Of a stretch of DNA of 64,000 bases, positions 13,627-24,945 are shown in pieces. The stretch is from the NCBI GenBank assembly GCA_964016885.1, contig OZ024745.1:100502001-100566000 (forward strand), given 5' to 3'. Numbering within the stretch: the first letter of the stretch is position 1; the number at the start of each line of letters is the position of its first letter. Below the pieces are notes generated by a model. It ran no database searches and was not told where the DNA came from. It worked only from the letters and a program-made list of their open reading frames with translations. This DNA comes from Eledone cirrhosa (Eukaryota). Made by a program: the position numbers and the translations under genes.

Positions 13627-14129
13627 TACCTCATTTTACTAGTCTCAAGAACGCGTCTACACGACGTGAGAAAGAATCCCAAAAGGCGGAGGGGGAGATA
13701 GTCACGCGATATAACGGTCGAGAAACAGAGCTAAGCCTCCTATAACCACGAAAAAAATACCACGGAGGCGGAGGGGGTATTCATATCGAGGCCGCAGAAG
13801 AGGTAGTGAAGAAGGCGAGAAGTATGAGTAATGGAAGCTTTCCAGTTGTCCCCACACTTCAAAGATTGCTCGACCAGAGGGAGTTATTAATACATTTAGA
13901 AACACACAGATACATGCGGGGACACACATATATACATGAATGCATCCGCACCCAACTGTGAGTTAAGGGTGCCAACTTCACCGATGTTGCTCAATGAATG
14001 ACTGGGACTGACCAATTCAGTTTGAACCAGACTGAACCAGTATCAGAGTTAAAAATACATTATGAAGAGAGAAGAAACATTTAGATATAATTAGTAATAA
14101 AATGTATCATACCTAAACTGTTCCTAAAT

Positions 14130-14217
14130 TCCTCGACTACGTAGTTTCGTGGCATAAACAAAAACAATATATCAAAGATATAGAGTCCTTGCGAGGTCTG
14201 CCGACTTATCAAGAGGA
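14130..14217 (-). ncRNA. Hammerhead family B, unit 2
   Basis: Same sequence as unit 1, offset 591. Confidence 0.8.
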
Positions 14218-14720
14218 TACCTCATTTTACTAGTCTCAAGAACGCGTCTACACGACGTGAGAAAGAATCCCAAAAGGCGGAGGGGGAGATAGTCACGCGA
14301 TATAACGGTCGAGAAACAGAGCTAAGCCTCCTATAACCACGAAAAAAATACCACGGAGGCGGAGGGGGTATTCATATCGAGGCCGCAGAAGAGGTAGTGA
14401 AGAAGGCGAGAAGTATGAGTAATGGAAGCTTTCCAGTTGTCCCCACACTTCAAAGATTGCTCGACCAGAGGGAGTTATTAATACATTTAGAAACACACAG
14501 ATACATGCGGGGACACACATATATACATGAATGCATCCGCACCCAACTGTGAGTTAAGGGTGCCAACTTCACCGATGTTGCTCAATGAATGACTGGGACA
14601 GACCAATTCAGTTTGAACCAGACTGAACCAGTATCAGAGTTAAAAATACATTATGAAGAGAGAAGAAACATTTAGATATAATTAGTAATAAAATGTATCA
14701 TACCTAAACTGTTCCTAAAT

Positions 14721-14808
14721 TCCTCGACTACGTAGTTTCGTGGCATAAACAAAAACAATATATCAAAGATATAGAGTCCTTGCGAGGTCTGCCGACTTAT
14801 CAAGAGGA
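14721..14808 (-). ncRNA. Hammerhead family B, unit 3
   Basis: Same sequence as unit 1, offset 1182. Confidence 0.8.
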
Positions 14809-15311
14809 TACCTCATTTTACTAGTCTCAAGAACGCGTCTACACGACGTGAGAAAGAATCCCAAAAGGCGGAGGGGGAGATAGTCACGCGATATAACGGT
14901 CGAGAAACAGAGCTAAGCCTCCTATAACCACGAAAAAAATACCACGGAGGCGGAGGGGGTATTCATATCGAGGCCGCAGAAGAGGTAGTGAAGAAGGCGA
15001 GAAGTATGAGTAATGGAAGCTTTCCAGTTGTCCCCACACTTCAAAGATTGCTCGACCAGAGGGAGTTATTAATACATTTAGAAACACACAGATACATGCG
15101 GGGACACACATATATACATGAATGCATCCGCACCCAACTGTGAGTTAAGGGTGCCAACTTCACCGATGTTGCTCAATGAATGACTGGGACAGACCAATTC
15201 AGTTTGAACCAGACTGAACCAGTATCAGAGTTAAAAATACATTATGAAGAGAGAAGAAACATTTAGATATAATTAGTAATAAAATGTATCATACCTAAAC
15301 TGTTCCTAAAT

Positions 15312-15399
15312 TCCTCGACTACGTAGTTTCGTGGCATAAACAAAAACAATATATCAAAGATATAGAGTCCTTGCGAGGTCTGCCGACTTATCAAGAGGA
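15312..15399 (-). ncRNA. Hammerhead family B, unit 4
   Basis: Same sequence as unit 1, offset 1773. Confidence 0.8.
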
Positions 15400-15567
15400 T
15401 ACCTCATTTTACTAGTCTCAAGAACGCGTCTACACGACGTGAGAAAGAATCCCAAAAGGCGGAGGGGGAGATAGTCACGCGATATAACGGTCGAGAAACA
15501 GAGCTAAGCCTCCTATAACCTTTCTCACGTCGTGTAGACGCGTTCTTGAGACTAGTAAAATGAGGTA

Positions 15568-15655
15568 TCCTCTTGATAAGTCGGCAGACCTCGCAAGGAC
15601 TCTATATCTTTGATATATTGTTTTTGTTTATGCCACGAAACTACGTAGTCGAGGA
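15568..15655 (+). ncRNA. Hammerhead family B, in the inverted arm
   Basis: tcctcTTGATAAgtcggca...tgccacGAAActacgtagTCgagga read directly on the + strand. Confidence 0.8.
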
Positions 15656-16988
15656 ATTTAGGAACAGTTTAGGTATGATACATTTTATTACTAATTATAT
15701 CTAAATGTTTCTTCTCTCTTCATAATGTATATATATATATATATATATGAAAAAGTTCAGGACCCCGATGGCTGAACTTCAACCGTTTCATCAGCTAGAT
15801 CCTTTTGTTCATGTCTATAGAGATATCTCCCTTATATTAAGTAATTCGGTTTCATGTGAAACAGGATGTTAAGATATTTACAGCATTGCCGCTACGCTTT
15901 CGAGCTACGTCGAAACCGCTATGTGGTCGCTTGTACTTTTAGAAGTAGCAGCCAAATTCGCCCCAGGTCACACTCTCCCATCTGAAAAAAAAAAGAGGAT
16001 AACACACTAGATCTGAAAAACAAAAGACGGGATGTGTATGCCTATGGCTGGAATGCGTTTGACAATATGTATACTGGATAAGGATAACCTGAGCTTAAAA
16101 ATCGTCTAAGTTTAAATTCTTCATACATCCGCAGATGGAAAATCTTGGACACTTCACCAGTGTTGTATTCTGGACTCACTGGATGTTTTTCAGGTCTTTC
16201 AACATACACTCTTAACCAGATGACCCAAGTGTATGACGAAGTGACATACATATTACTGACCCCACCGGTTATTTCCCTTCAGCCATAGACGTTTAGCTAG
16301 CTTCTCTACTGCTTCAGTACTTCTCAACATTGTCTTTAGCCCGATCTCTTTCCACTAACAGGCAGTGAAGAGTATCTCCTACCAAACTGAACTAATTTTC
16401 TATTCTCTGAGTTGGGATATTTACATTGACAGTTCTTTAAGACTGTGTAAATATTTTGTATTTCTGTGGTTTAAACAAAATAATTTTCTAGTTGAAAGGA
16501 TTTATATTTGTCTGAAGAAGAAAATCAAAAAAAAATCAACAAAATTTTTAGTTTTCAATATCTAGAATAACTTTAAAGAGAGAAGAAAAAATGTATAAAT
16601 AATTGCACAAGAATCTGAAAAAAACATCTGCCTGTATTTATTTAGAAGCCCCAGTGGCATGGGAAATATTAGTTAATCTTCAAAAGAAAAAAGTGATAAA
16701 AACCTTTAAATTAATGATTATTTCGACAACCAAACAGCTACTAACAAACTTGTTCGACATCAGAGATAAATAAATAGGAGTAAAATGGAAAACATTGAGA
16801 ATTGTAAAGTAATTATGACGTGCGCAGTAGTAATTCAAGTAGGCGTATTTACTGTTAGTTTATCTAATTATTCGTTCCAGCTGGCGAATCATTCGTTCTA
16901 CTCCGTATTGTGTGTATGTGTGTGTGTCTGAAGGAGAAAGGGGGGAGAAAGAGAGATAAAGAGAGAGAGAGAGAGAGAGAAAGAAGGA

Positions 16989-17032
<44 letters not shown>

Positions 17033-17530
17033 GACTTGTTCGAGTTTCTTAAATGTGCCGTAAAATCGCGTAAATGCTATGTTGTCAAAGCTTCTTATAT
17101 TTATCAAATCGTATTCACATAAAAATTGATCAGTTAATTTGATTTGAATTGTCTCTGCATTTTATTAGTTGTATCATGTTCATTCTAAATTCGTATCTTT
17201 TGAAAAAAGACATAGAATCTATTATTCCTATTAGATAATTGTATTTCATATCGGTTTCTATTATAAACCGCAGTCTTGAAGTATTTCATTTGTAACATAT
17301 TTTTAACGAAGCTGTTTTATTTAGAATTTCATGAAAACAACTGAAGCGATTCTCCCTTCTAAAATACGTTACTTTTATAAAAGTTGGTCTGGTGCATTCA
17401 ATCACTGTTTCTAAAGCTGTAACCATGTCAGTACTGTCACTGCGTAGAATTGACTAATCTATTTAGTAGTAGTTGAATTTAATTAACACTAAAATAAGGA
17501 TGAGATCCATAAAGTTGAAATATGGGTAGC

Positions 17531-18102
17531 AAAGACCGGATTTAGACCTTGGGTATCCCGGGGCACTTCAGAGTTGGGGGACCCCCTCATACACAAAACA
17601 TTATAAGACACACCAAACCCCAATTTTACATATCAAAGTCGGCTGGTGCAAGTAATTAAATTAAATACAGGTATTAAATTAATAAAATGTAACCATCCTC
17701 ATTTTACGTCCACTTTCCACACTGGCATGTTTTGGAGACGTTGTTCCAGTCCGAGACCAAATATATCGGAGCAACCTCATCTTGTTCATACATTACATAT
17801 TTGGCATAGTTTCTATGGATAATGTGTTTATTGGATGCATTGTTTTTGCGATACCAGCATAAGCACTTTACACAGCGCCATCAAATACTTTTTAACAACT
17901 TGATGTTTATACAGTTGAGAAAATGTCCACAGTAAGGACATTAAATACTTTGAGCTAAAGATATAGTTCTCGTTGTCAACAGGATAAAACTAAAAAGCCC
18001 AACAGAGGCACAAATAAATTGCTACAGCTGCTGCTGGTGGGGACCACTCACTGCGGGGGTGGAGGCAATTATCCCCTTTTTTCCTCATTAAATCTGTCCC
18101 TG
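17531..18102. mobile_element. hAT-type MITE with degenerate TIRs
   Basis: 8-bp TSD TGGGTAGC at 17523-17530 and 18103-18110; ends AAAGACCGGATTTA / TAAATCTGTCCCTG. Confidence 0.7.
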
Positions 18103-19444
18103 TGGGTAGCCAGGTTTTTATTAGAGCTTGATCTTGAGCTTCAGGACAAAGCTTAGAACATAGTAAGTATGTGAACTGTCATTTCTCGGCCACGTCGTGA
18201 CATTTACTATAGGTAATATTAAGAAAGTCTAATGATAAATAACTGTGTAGCAAAGAAAAGACATCCTTTTAACATAAGCTCGACATTAGTTCAAAAATAT
18301 TTTAACTAGTTCGGCAAGTACGGGAGATAACACATATTAACCTCCTCGGCGAAGCATAGACTTCCCTCTACTTACCGAATATTGATTCGAGAATCAATAA
18401 TAAATGTTCAATGTTGGATGTGAGAAAGTGTGAAATATTAGCATTACATATCACGAATCTTAATTACTCTCTAACACCATCCACGCGAAAATCAATTGTT
18501 AAGTTAAATAAAAGGAAAATCTTTATATCAAAATCAACATAAATATTTGCCAAATAGGATTCTAATAATTTATAAATAGTTGAAAATAGTTAATATATCC
18601 AGCAATTAATTATAATTATATGTGTGTCCATATGAACTATCAGCTGATAATTGAAATTTATATTGCAGTGAGCATAGAAAAACCAAACCTAATTAGAAAT
18701 AATTATGAAATTGGGAAAAGACAATTGCTAGTATTGTTTCCATTTTGTACAATAAGAACAGAAATAGTTTTACTGAAGATGTAAAAATATGTCAAAATAT
18801 TTATGCCAAATGTATTCTGCATAAAAAACATTACCAAATGAGATTCTAATAATTTAGAAGCAGTCAAAATTTAACATAAATAAATATATTCTACAATTTA
18901 TTAAGCACGTCTATATTTGAAATATCAGTTGATAAAGTGAAATAACTTCTAAACATTTTCGATCCGCTATCTCTGCTTAGTGGTAGATAATAAAATATAA
19001 AGTACAACGTTGGAATTTTAAAAGCCGTGTAGTGTTTGAAAAGAAAATCAACTCTAAATTGAGACAGCCAATAATCATTCATGTATCGTAGGTGGTGTGT
19101 GGCTCAAATATGTTAGAAATTGTCAAAGTAAAATTAACGTTCAACGAAATTTACATAAAAACTAAATTCATTTTTATATATAGAATTAGATAATTCAGTT
19201 ACTGTACGGTGCCTTTCATAACCAATTTCACTTATAAATCAGCAGACATCTATAAATTGCTGGCAATTCAACGAGATAGAAGGGAAGATTGGTTAAATCA
19301 TGTTTGATAGAACTCAGAGTAGGTTCAAATCCAGGATCCTTAAATTACTAACCACATCTTTTATTTCTCTTTAAATAGGGGTCAAACCCCTCAAAACAGT
19401 ACAGAAATATTATCTTTTTACTTCAAAGTATTTAGCTAAATGCA

Positions 19445-19610
19445 AGTCGGCGAATTGGCAGAGTCGTTAGAACGTCGATTAGAATGCTTCGCGGTATTTT
19501 TTTCGACTTTATGCTCTCTGAGTTAAAATCCCACCGAAGTCGACTTTGCTTTTCATCCATTCAAGATCGACAAAAAAAGTATCAGCCATATATTTGGGTC
19601 GATTCTGCCT
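19445..19610 (+). mobile_element. tRNA-derived SINE, diverged
   Basis: TGGCAGAGTCGTTAG A box, GAGTTAAAATCC B box and TTTCATCCATTC..GATCGAC core. Confidence 0.7.
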
Positions 19611-20568
19611 CTATATATCTTTTTAGCTTCCATTCACCCACTCTCTAGCCTTTTCTGGCAGAAATTTGTTGTATTCAGACCTGGAGAAGAGATGGGCTCC
19701 GACGGGTTTTAAAAAATTGCCCTTGAAACACTTTAGTAGTTTTTATATATATAAGAAAATATGAAAGCAAGTCACTAATTACACCCTCTTTTAGTATAGA
19801 ACTTTCATCTGAAAAGTTATGCTTCAAAATCTCCGTTAGTTAGAAAAAGTACATTTTAACTTTAACTAAAATACTGACACCATTCTTTCCTTTAATTGAA
19901 ATTCTTTCCTTTAATTGAAATTAATTCAAAATTCTAGACGTTAATAATTAAATTTACTTATTACATATCTTAAATTTCACATCTAAATGTGTTTCTTATT
20001 TCAATACAACATTGATTAATCGTGAATAAATTGAGGTTAGATAAGGAAAAGACAAATACATTCTGAGCGGCTTAGTTATTTTCTTGGGAAAAACAGGTTT
20101 TCAATAATAAAACAATTGTTTAGAGCTTACTGAAGAAATTTCAACTGCGTAGATAATTTTAATAGAGAATTTTAACATAAAAAGTCTATAATATTTATTG
20201 CACATTATCTTATAGATAACCTTTCAATATTATCATGACTCACGGAGTTAAGAATAATCAAATTCGTCAGTGCCAAAATAATGTGATCTACTTGATCTTG
20301 TTTTAGTCCTTGATCTATACATATTAGTCAAATAACGATACATGTCAACTAAACTAACAAGATAAGCGAATAAATAGATCGTTAAGAAATTAGATTAGGT
20401 GGTGGGTAGATACATTAAGGCAGACAAGGGGAAATTAAGCTTCTGACATTTGTGGGAACATTAATAAGAAATAAAGCGAAGGTAGTTAGTAACAAATATG
20501 AAAGTTTCCCTCACTCTTTCTTTATAAATCTGTTTATATATATATATATAAACATATATATATATATA

Positions 20569-20640
<72 letters not shown>

Positions 20641-20646
<6 letters not shown>

Positions 20647-20739
20647 GTCTAAAATGTGTATACACATTTGAACAGCATTCTAATAAATATTGCCTGTACA
20701 GGTAATGAAACTGTGTATACATTTTGGGCTGATACCCTG

Positions 20740-20741
<2 letters not shown>
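20641..20741. mobile_element. Approximately 100-bp Tc1-like MITE; second copy at 35064-35146 in opposite orientation
   Basis: AGGGTGT..GATACCCTG ends within TA context; the internal CAGCATTCTAATAAATATTGCCTGTACAGGTAAT is shared with the 35.1-kb copy. Confidence 0.6.
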
Positions 20742-20807
<66 letters not shown>

Positions 20808-20811
20808 AAAA

Positions 20812-20917
20812 AGTATGACTCCGACGGCAGAGCTCAAGCCGTTTCGACGGCTATTTCTGGACTAAATTAGAATTTTTAGCCTGGTGAATAAATAGCCGAA
20901 CTTTTCAAGGGTGTACT
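20812..20917 (-). ncRNA. Type I hammerhead, U3-A8 core (family C, inverted pLTR copy)
   Basis: CACCC-TTGAAAA-G..CGGCTATTT/AAATAGCCG..C-GAAA-CGGC-ttgagctct-GCCG-TC-GGAGT. Confidence 0.65.
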
Positions 20918-21601
20918 ACCTTATATGGGAAGATTGTAGTTGTCAAGAGGATTGGTTAAAATTTGATGTAAACACAAATAAGTCTATCATGGCATTTGGT
21001 GGAAGGTAGGGGTCGCTGAACTTGCCTGTAGAAGAATAGGGGAGTGAGTGGAGCGGTCAAGCGTTGAAAGTGATATGTATACATCAGATTCTAAGGATAG
21101 TGTATGAAGTGGGCGAGGGAGGTTATAGAATAGATAAATTGAAAGAGAGTAGGAGACAATAAAAGATACTAGAAAGAAATTAAAAAATATATATATATAT
21201 AAAATTAGATAGTGAGAAATGAATAAAGAAATCACAATGCTATCTTACAATTACAGGTTAATAAGTTGAGAATAGAAAAAACTTATAGAGATTACAAAAC
21301 AGATACAAACTTAAAGGGGTTTTTAACACATCTGCTATAAGTAGTTAGTAAAACGTATTTGGCCAATTCTATCTTAAAATAAACAGGAGTGGGGGAACTG
21401 ATGCTACAAGGCCCGATGGGTTGCATCGGGGTAGGTGAAAGGGGAAAGCAGACGAGGAAGAAAATAGGGGGTGGAAGGAAGTGATAGGATGAGACAGGGG
21501 GAAGAAGGAGACAAAGAGGAAAAGAAAAGAGATACATTTACCTATGTAAGCTGGGGTTTCCCCTAACTTATTCGGCAAGTGGGGGGGTATCAGCCTCTTG
21601 T

Positions 21602-22134
21602 CTACCCACCTGGGTTGTTATAGGGTTTGAGGGCGAGGTAAGTCCTACGCAATCTGTGTTTGCATGCGGTTACCAGTTCATCTTTCTTGTTTAGGAGTTG
21701 GTCCTTCGAAAACAGCATTTGTAATGTTTCCTCCGAGCATAAGTTACACGGACGGCGTCCTCCCGTGTAAGAGTTAGCTCTGGACAGTAAGCTCCAAGTG
21801 AGACTGTAGGTTATATTGTTATCTTGGAGGTCCCACATGTGGCCCGAAAGTGTAGTAGCATGTCGCTGAACCGGGTTTCGGAAAGTGTGTCGGTGTTGGT
21901 AGAGCCGGGCCTTGAAGTCACACGCGGTTAATCCTATATAAGCTTTGTTGGAGATCTCGGTCCTCACGTTGCACTGGTAGATCACGCTACGTTCTCGGCA
22001 TTTGTTGTTGAGGGGGCACGTGGATCTATCAGGGCAGTTACACCTCCTGGTTGGCTCTCCACTGATGTCTAGGTTATATCTTCCATAGGGGTTGAGCTTT
22101 TTGTTGTTTGAGGAGACGATGTTTTGTGCGAAGT
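21602..22134 (-). pseudogene. GIY-YIG endonuclease domain, open in the inverted arm of the PLE
   Basis: C-terminal part of ORF 21602-22384; the direct copy at 22830-23365 is frameshifted. Confidence 0.85.
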
Positions 22135-22830
22135 ACTCCCCCTTCGACGTCAGTATGGGCGCGACGGATTCGGCCGAGGTCACAGATCTTATAGGATTAT
22201 TCCTACTATTTAAACTCACCGAAATGTTTCCTGCATTCGGCGGTGGATTGTACTGGGCTGATGGGCTCCTCACCATCAAAGGGTACAACCCCAGTAGTAC
22301 AGACCGGGTCCGTAAACAACTAATCAACTTCTTCCTGAACTGGGGACTTAAAATCACCCTACAAACGTCCCTAACGCGAGTCAATTTCCTGGACGTTACC
22401 CGTAATCTTGAAAATGATCTGTACTACCCATACAGGAAACCAAACGACAACCTGCAGTACATCCATCGCCGCTCTAACTATCCTAGAGACATCACCAATA
22501 ACCTGGTTAAAAACATCTCCCTCCGCATATCTTGTTTGTCCGCTAATGAGCAGATATTCGACGAACCCGCGCCTCATTACAACCAGGCCCTCAAGCGGAG
22601 TGGCTTCCGGGAGGAAATATCCTTTTATTGCAGCTCCCTTAGCGGAACCAGCAGGCGACACCGCCGGTCACGCAACATAACGTGGTTCAATCCTCCCCAC
22701 AATGCCGAGGTGGCAACACCTATCGGGAATATCTTCTTTAGACTCTTCGAAAAACACTTCCCACTACAACGCCGCTACCACAAAATAATCAACAAAAACA
22801 CCATCAAACTCTCCTACAGCACCACACCAA
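22135..22830 (+). pseudogene. PLE reverse transcriptase fragment with mutated catalytic motif
   Basis: ORF 22092-22895 contains VNFLDV, PYRKPND and HRRSNYP; YWAD replaces YRDD. Confidence 0.85.
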
Positions 22831-24076
22831 CTTCGCACAAAACATCATCTCCTCAAACAACAAAAAACTCAACCCCTATGGAAGAAATAACCTAGACATC
22901 AGTGGAGAGCCGACTAGGAGGCGTAACTGCCCTGATAGATCCACGTGCCCCCTCAACAACAAATGCCGAGAACGTAACGTGATCTACCAATGCAACGTGA
23001 GGACGGACACCTCCAACAAAGCTTATATAGGATTAACCAACCGCATGTGATTTCAAGGCCCGGCTCTACCAACACCGACACACTTTCCGAAACCCGGTTC
23101 GGCGACATGCCACTACACTTTCGAGCCACATCTGGGACCTCCAAGATAACAATATAACCTAAAATCTCACTTGGAGCTTACTGTCCAGAGCTAACTCTTA
23201 CACGGGAGGACGCCGTCCGTGTAACTTATGCTCGGAGGAAACATTACAAATGCTGTTTTCGAAGGACCAACTCCTAAACAAGAAAGATGAACTGGTAACC
23301 GCATGCAAACACAGATTGCGTAGGACTTACCTCGCCCTCAAACCCTATAATGGCCCGGTGGGTAGACAAGGGCTGATACCCCCCCCCCACACACACACAC
23401 ACCCCACCCCACTTGCCGAATAAGTTAGGGGAAAGCCCAGATTACATAGGTAAATGTATCTCTTTTCTTTTCCTCTTTGTCTCCTTCTTCCCCCTGTCTC
23501 ATCCTATCACTTCCTTCCACCCCCTATCTTCTTCCTCGTCTACTTTCCTCTTTCGTCTACCCCAATGCAGCCCATCGGGCCTTGTAGCATCAGTTCCCCC
23601 ATCCCTGTTATTTTATGATAGAATTAGCTGAATACGTTTTACTAACTACTTATAGCAGATGTGTTAAAAACCCCTTTAAGTTCGTATCTGTTTTGTAATC
23701 TCTATAAGTTTTTTCTATTCTCAACTTATTAACCTGTAATTGTAAGATAGCATTGTGATTTCTTTATTCATTTCTCACCATCTAATTTTATATATATATA
23801 TATTTTTTAATTTCTTTCTAGTATCTTTTATTGTCTCCTACTCCCTTTCAATTTATCTATTCTATAACCTCCCTCGCCCACTTCATACACTATCCTTAGA
23901 ATCTGATGTATACATATCACTTTCAACGCTTGACCGCTCCACTCACTCCCCTATTGTTCTACAGGCAAGTTCAGCGACCCCTACCTTCCACCAAATGCCA
24001 TGATAGACTTATTTGTGTTTACATCAAATTTTAACCAATCCTCTTGACAACTACAATCTTCCCATATAAGGTTTTT

Positions 24077-24178
24077 CACCCTTGAAAAGTTCGGCTATTT
24101 ATTCACCAGGCTAAAAATTCTAATTTAGTCCAGAAATAGCCGTCGAAACGGCTTTAGCTCTGCCGTCGGGGTCATACT
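24077..24178 (+). ncRNA. Type I hammerhead, U3-A8 core (family C, in PLE pLTR)
   Basis: Same fold as the inverted copy; predicted cleavage after C24167; stem I short and imperfect (CCC/GGG). Confidence 0.65.
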
Positions 24179-24263
24179 TTTTCCTATTTCTCACTCTACT
24201 ACCCTAAGTATTGAGTACTCTGGTGCGTTATGGTCCCTTTGGTTCCCTACCACAATTCCGTTG

Positions 24264-24299
<36 letters not shown>

Positions 24300-24302
<3 letters not shown>

Positions 24303-24870
24303 GATAAATCTACCAAAATATACGGTAGTGTCCACTCCATATGAAGAACTCAATGTAATCCAAATATCATGAAAAGAGAAGATGTATTCAACATTTTTTC
24401 GATGAAAAACACAGGAAAACAGAGTCAAGATAAATTAATAAAAACAATGAATAAAAACAAAAAAACAGTTTCTTATATTAAAAAATTCATCATTTTACGA
24501 TCGTTTCTAGGATATATATGTATGTGTTGGTATGTATATCATATAGATCTATGTAAAAGTTTTACAAACAATCAGAGGGAATATACATGCCTACACATAT
24601 ATATGCTGTCTTCAGAAATAATGATATTTGTTTATTGAAAAAAAACCAACAAAGATTTAATATAATAGGTCTGTTTGGGAACAGATTTTGAATTGACCAA
24701 TAGAAAAGTAGTAAGTTTCCCTCTGATAGTTTGTAAAACTTTTACATAGATCTATATGATATACATACCAACACACACATATATATCCTAGAAACGATCG
24801 TAGAATGATGAATTTTTTAATATAAGGAACTGTTTCTTTGTTTTTATTCATAGTTTTTATTAATTTATAT
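24300..24870 (-). mobile_element. PLE pLTR fragment (family D) with inverted arm 24717-24870
   Basis: 24430-24581 is inverted relative to 24717-24870; shares GATTACATTGAGTTCTTCATA and GAAACGATCGTA with 53016-53290. Confidence 0.7.
24487..24624 (-). ncRNA. Type I hammerhead with very long stem II (family D)
   Basis: TCATTATTT-CTGAAGA-[about 100 nt, including ATATATATGT/ACATATATAT]-GAAA-CGATCG-TA-AAATGATGA; 9-bp stem I; palindromic CGATCG. Confidence 0.75.
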
Positions 24871-24891
24871 ATATATATATATATACATATA

Positions 24892-24945
<54 letters not shown>

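Larger units (their letters stand above)
13300..15730 (-). mobile_element. 591-bp tandem array (3.76 units) plus 210-bp inverted arm; HHR-containing retrozyme-like or non-autonomous PLE element (family B)
   Basis: Units start at 13300, 13891, 14482 and 15073 (last one ends at 15520). 15521-15730 is the reverse complement of 15237-15446. Both ends lie in (TA)n. Units are nearly identical; one substitution was noticed at 14009. Confidence 0.9.
20803..24264 (+). mobile_element. Penelope-like element (probably Naiad clade): 5'-truncated RT, GIY-YIG and pLTR (22135-24264), preceded by a 1.33-kb inverted copy of its 3' part (20803-22134)
   Basis: RT motifs FDVSMG..AEV, GLYWADGL (degenerate YRDD) and WFNPP; linker CNCPDRSTC; GIY-YIG SVIYQC..AYIGLT..FKARLYQH. 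20803-22134 is the reverse complement of 22830-24187. Flanked by (TA)n. Confidence 0.9.

Noticed and set aside
13702-13929. 75-aa ORF repeated three times in the array; unit length of 591 is divisible by 3
   Set aside because: It starts in GT-repeat-like sequence, crosses the unit junction, has no recognisable domain and ends in a stop (so no rolling-circle ORF in this frame); the solo copy lacks its 5' part.
13300-15520. CRISPR array or simple satellite interpretation
   Set aside because: There are no unique spacers and the context is eukaryotic; the solo dispersed copy, HHRs and inverted arm indicate a retroelement.
22135-22384. N-terminal part of the 260-aa minus ORF as a novel domain fused to GIY-YIG
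   Set aside because: It is antisense PLE RT sequence brought in-frame by the inversion junction.
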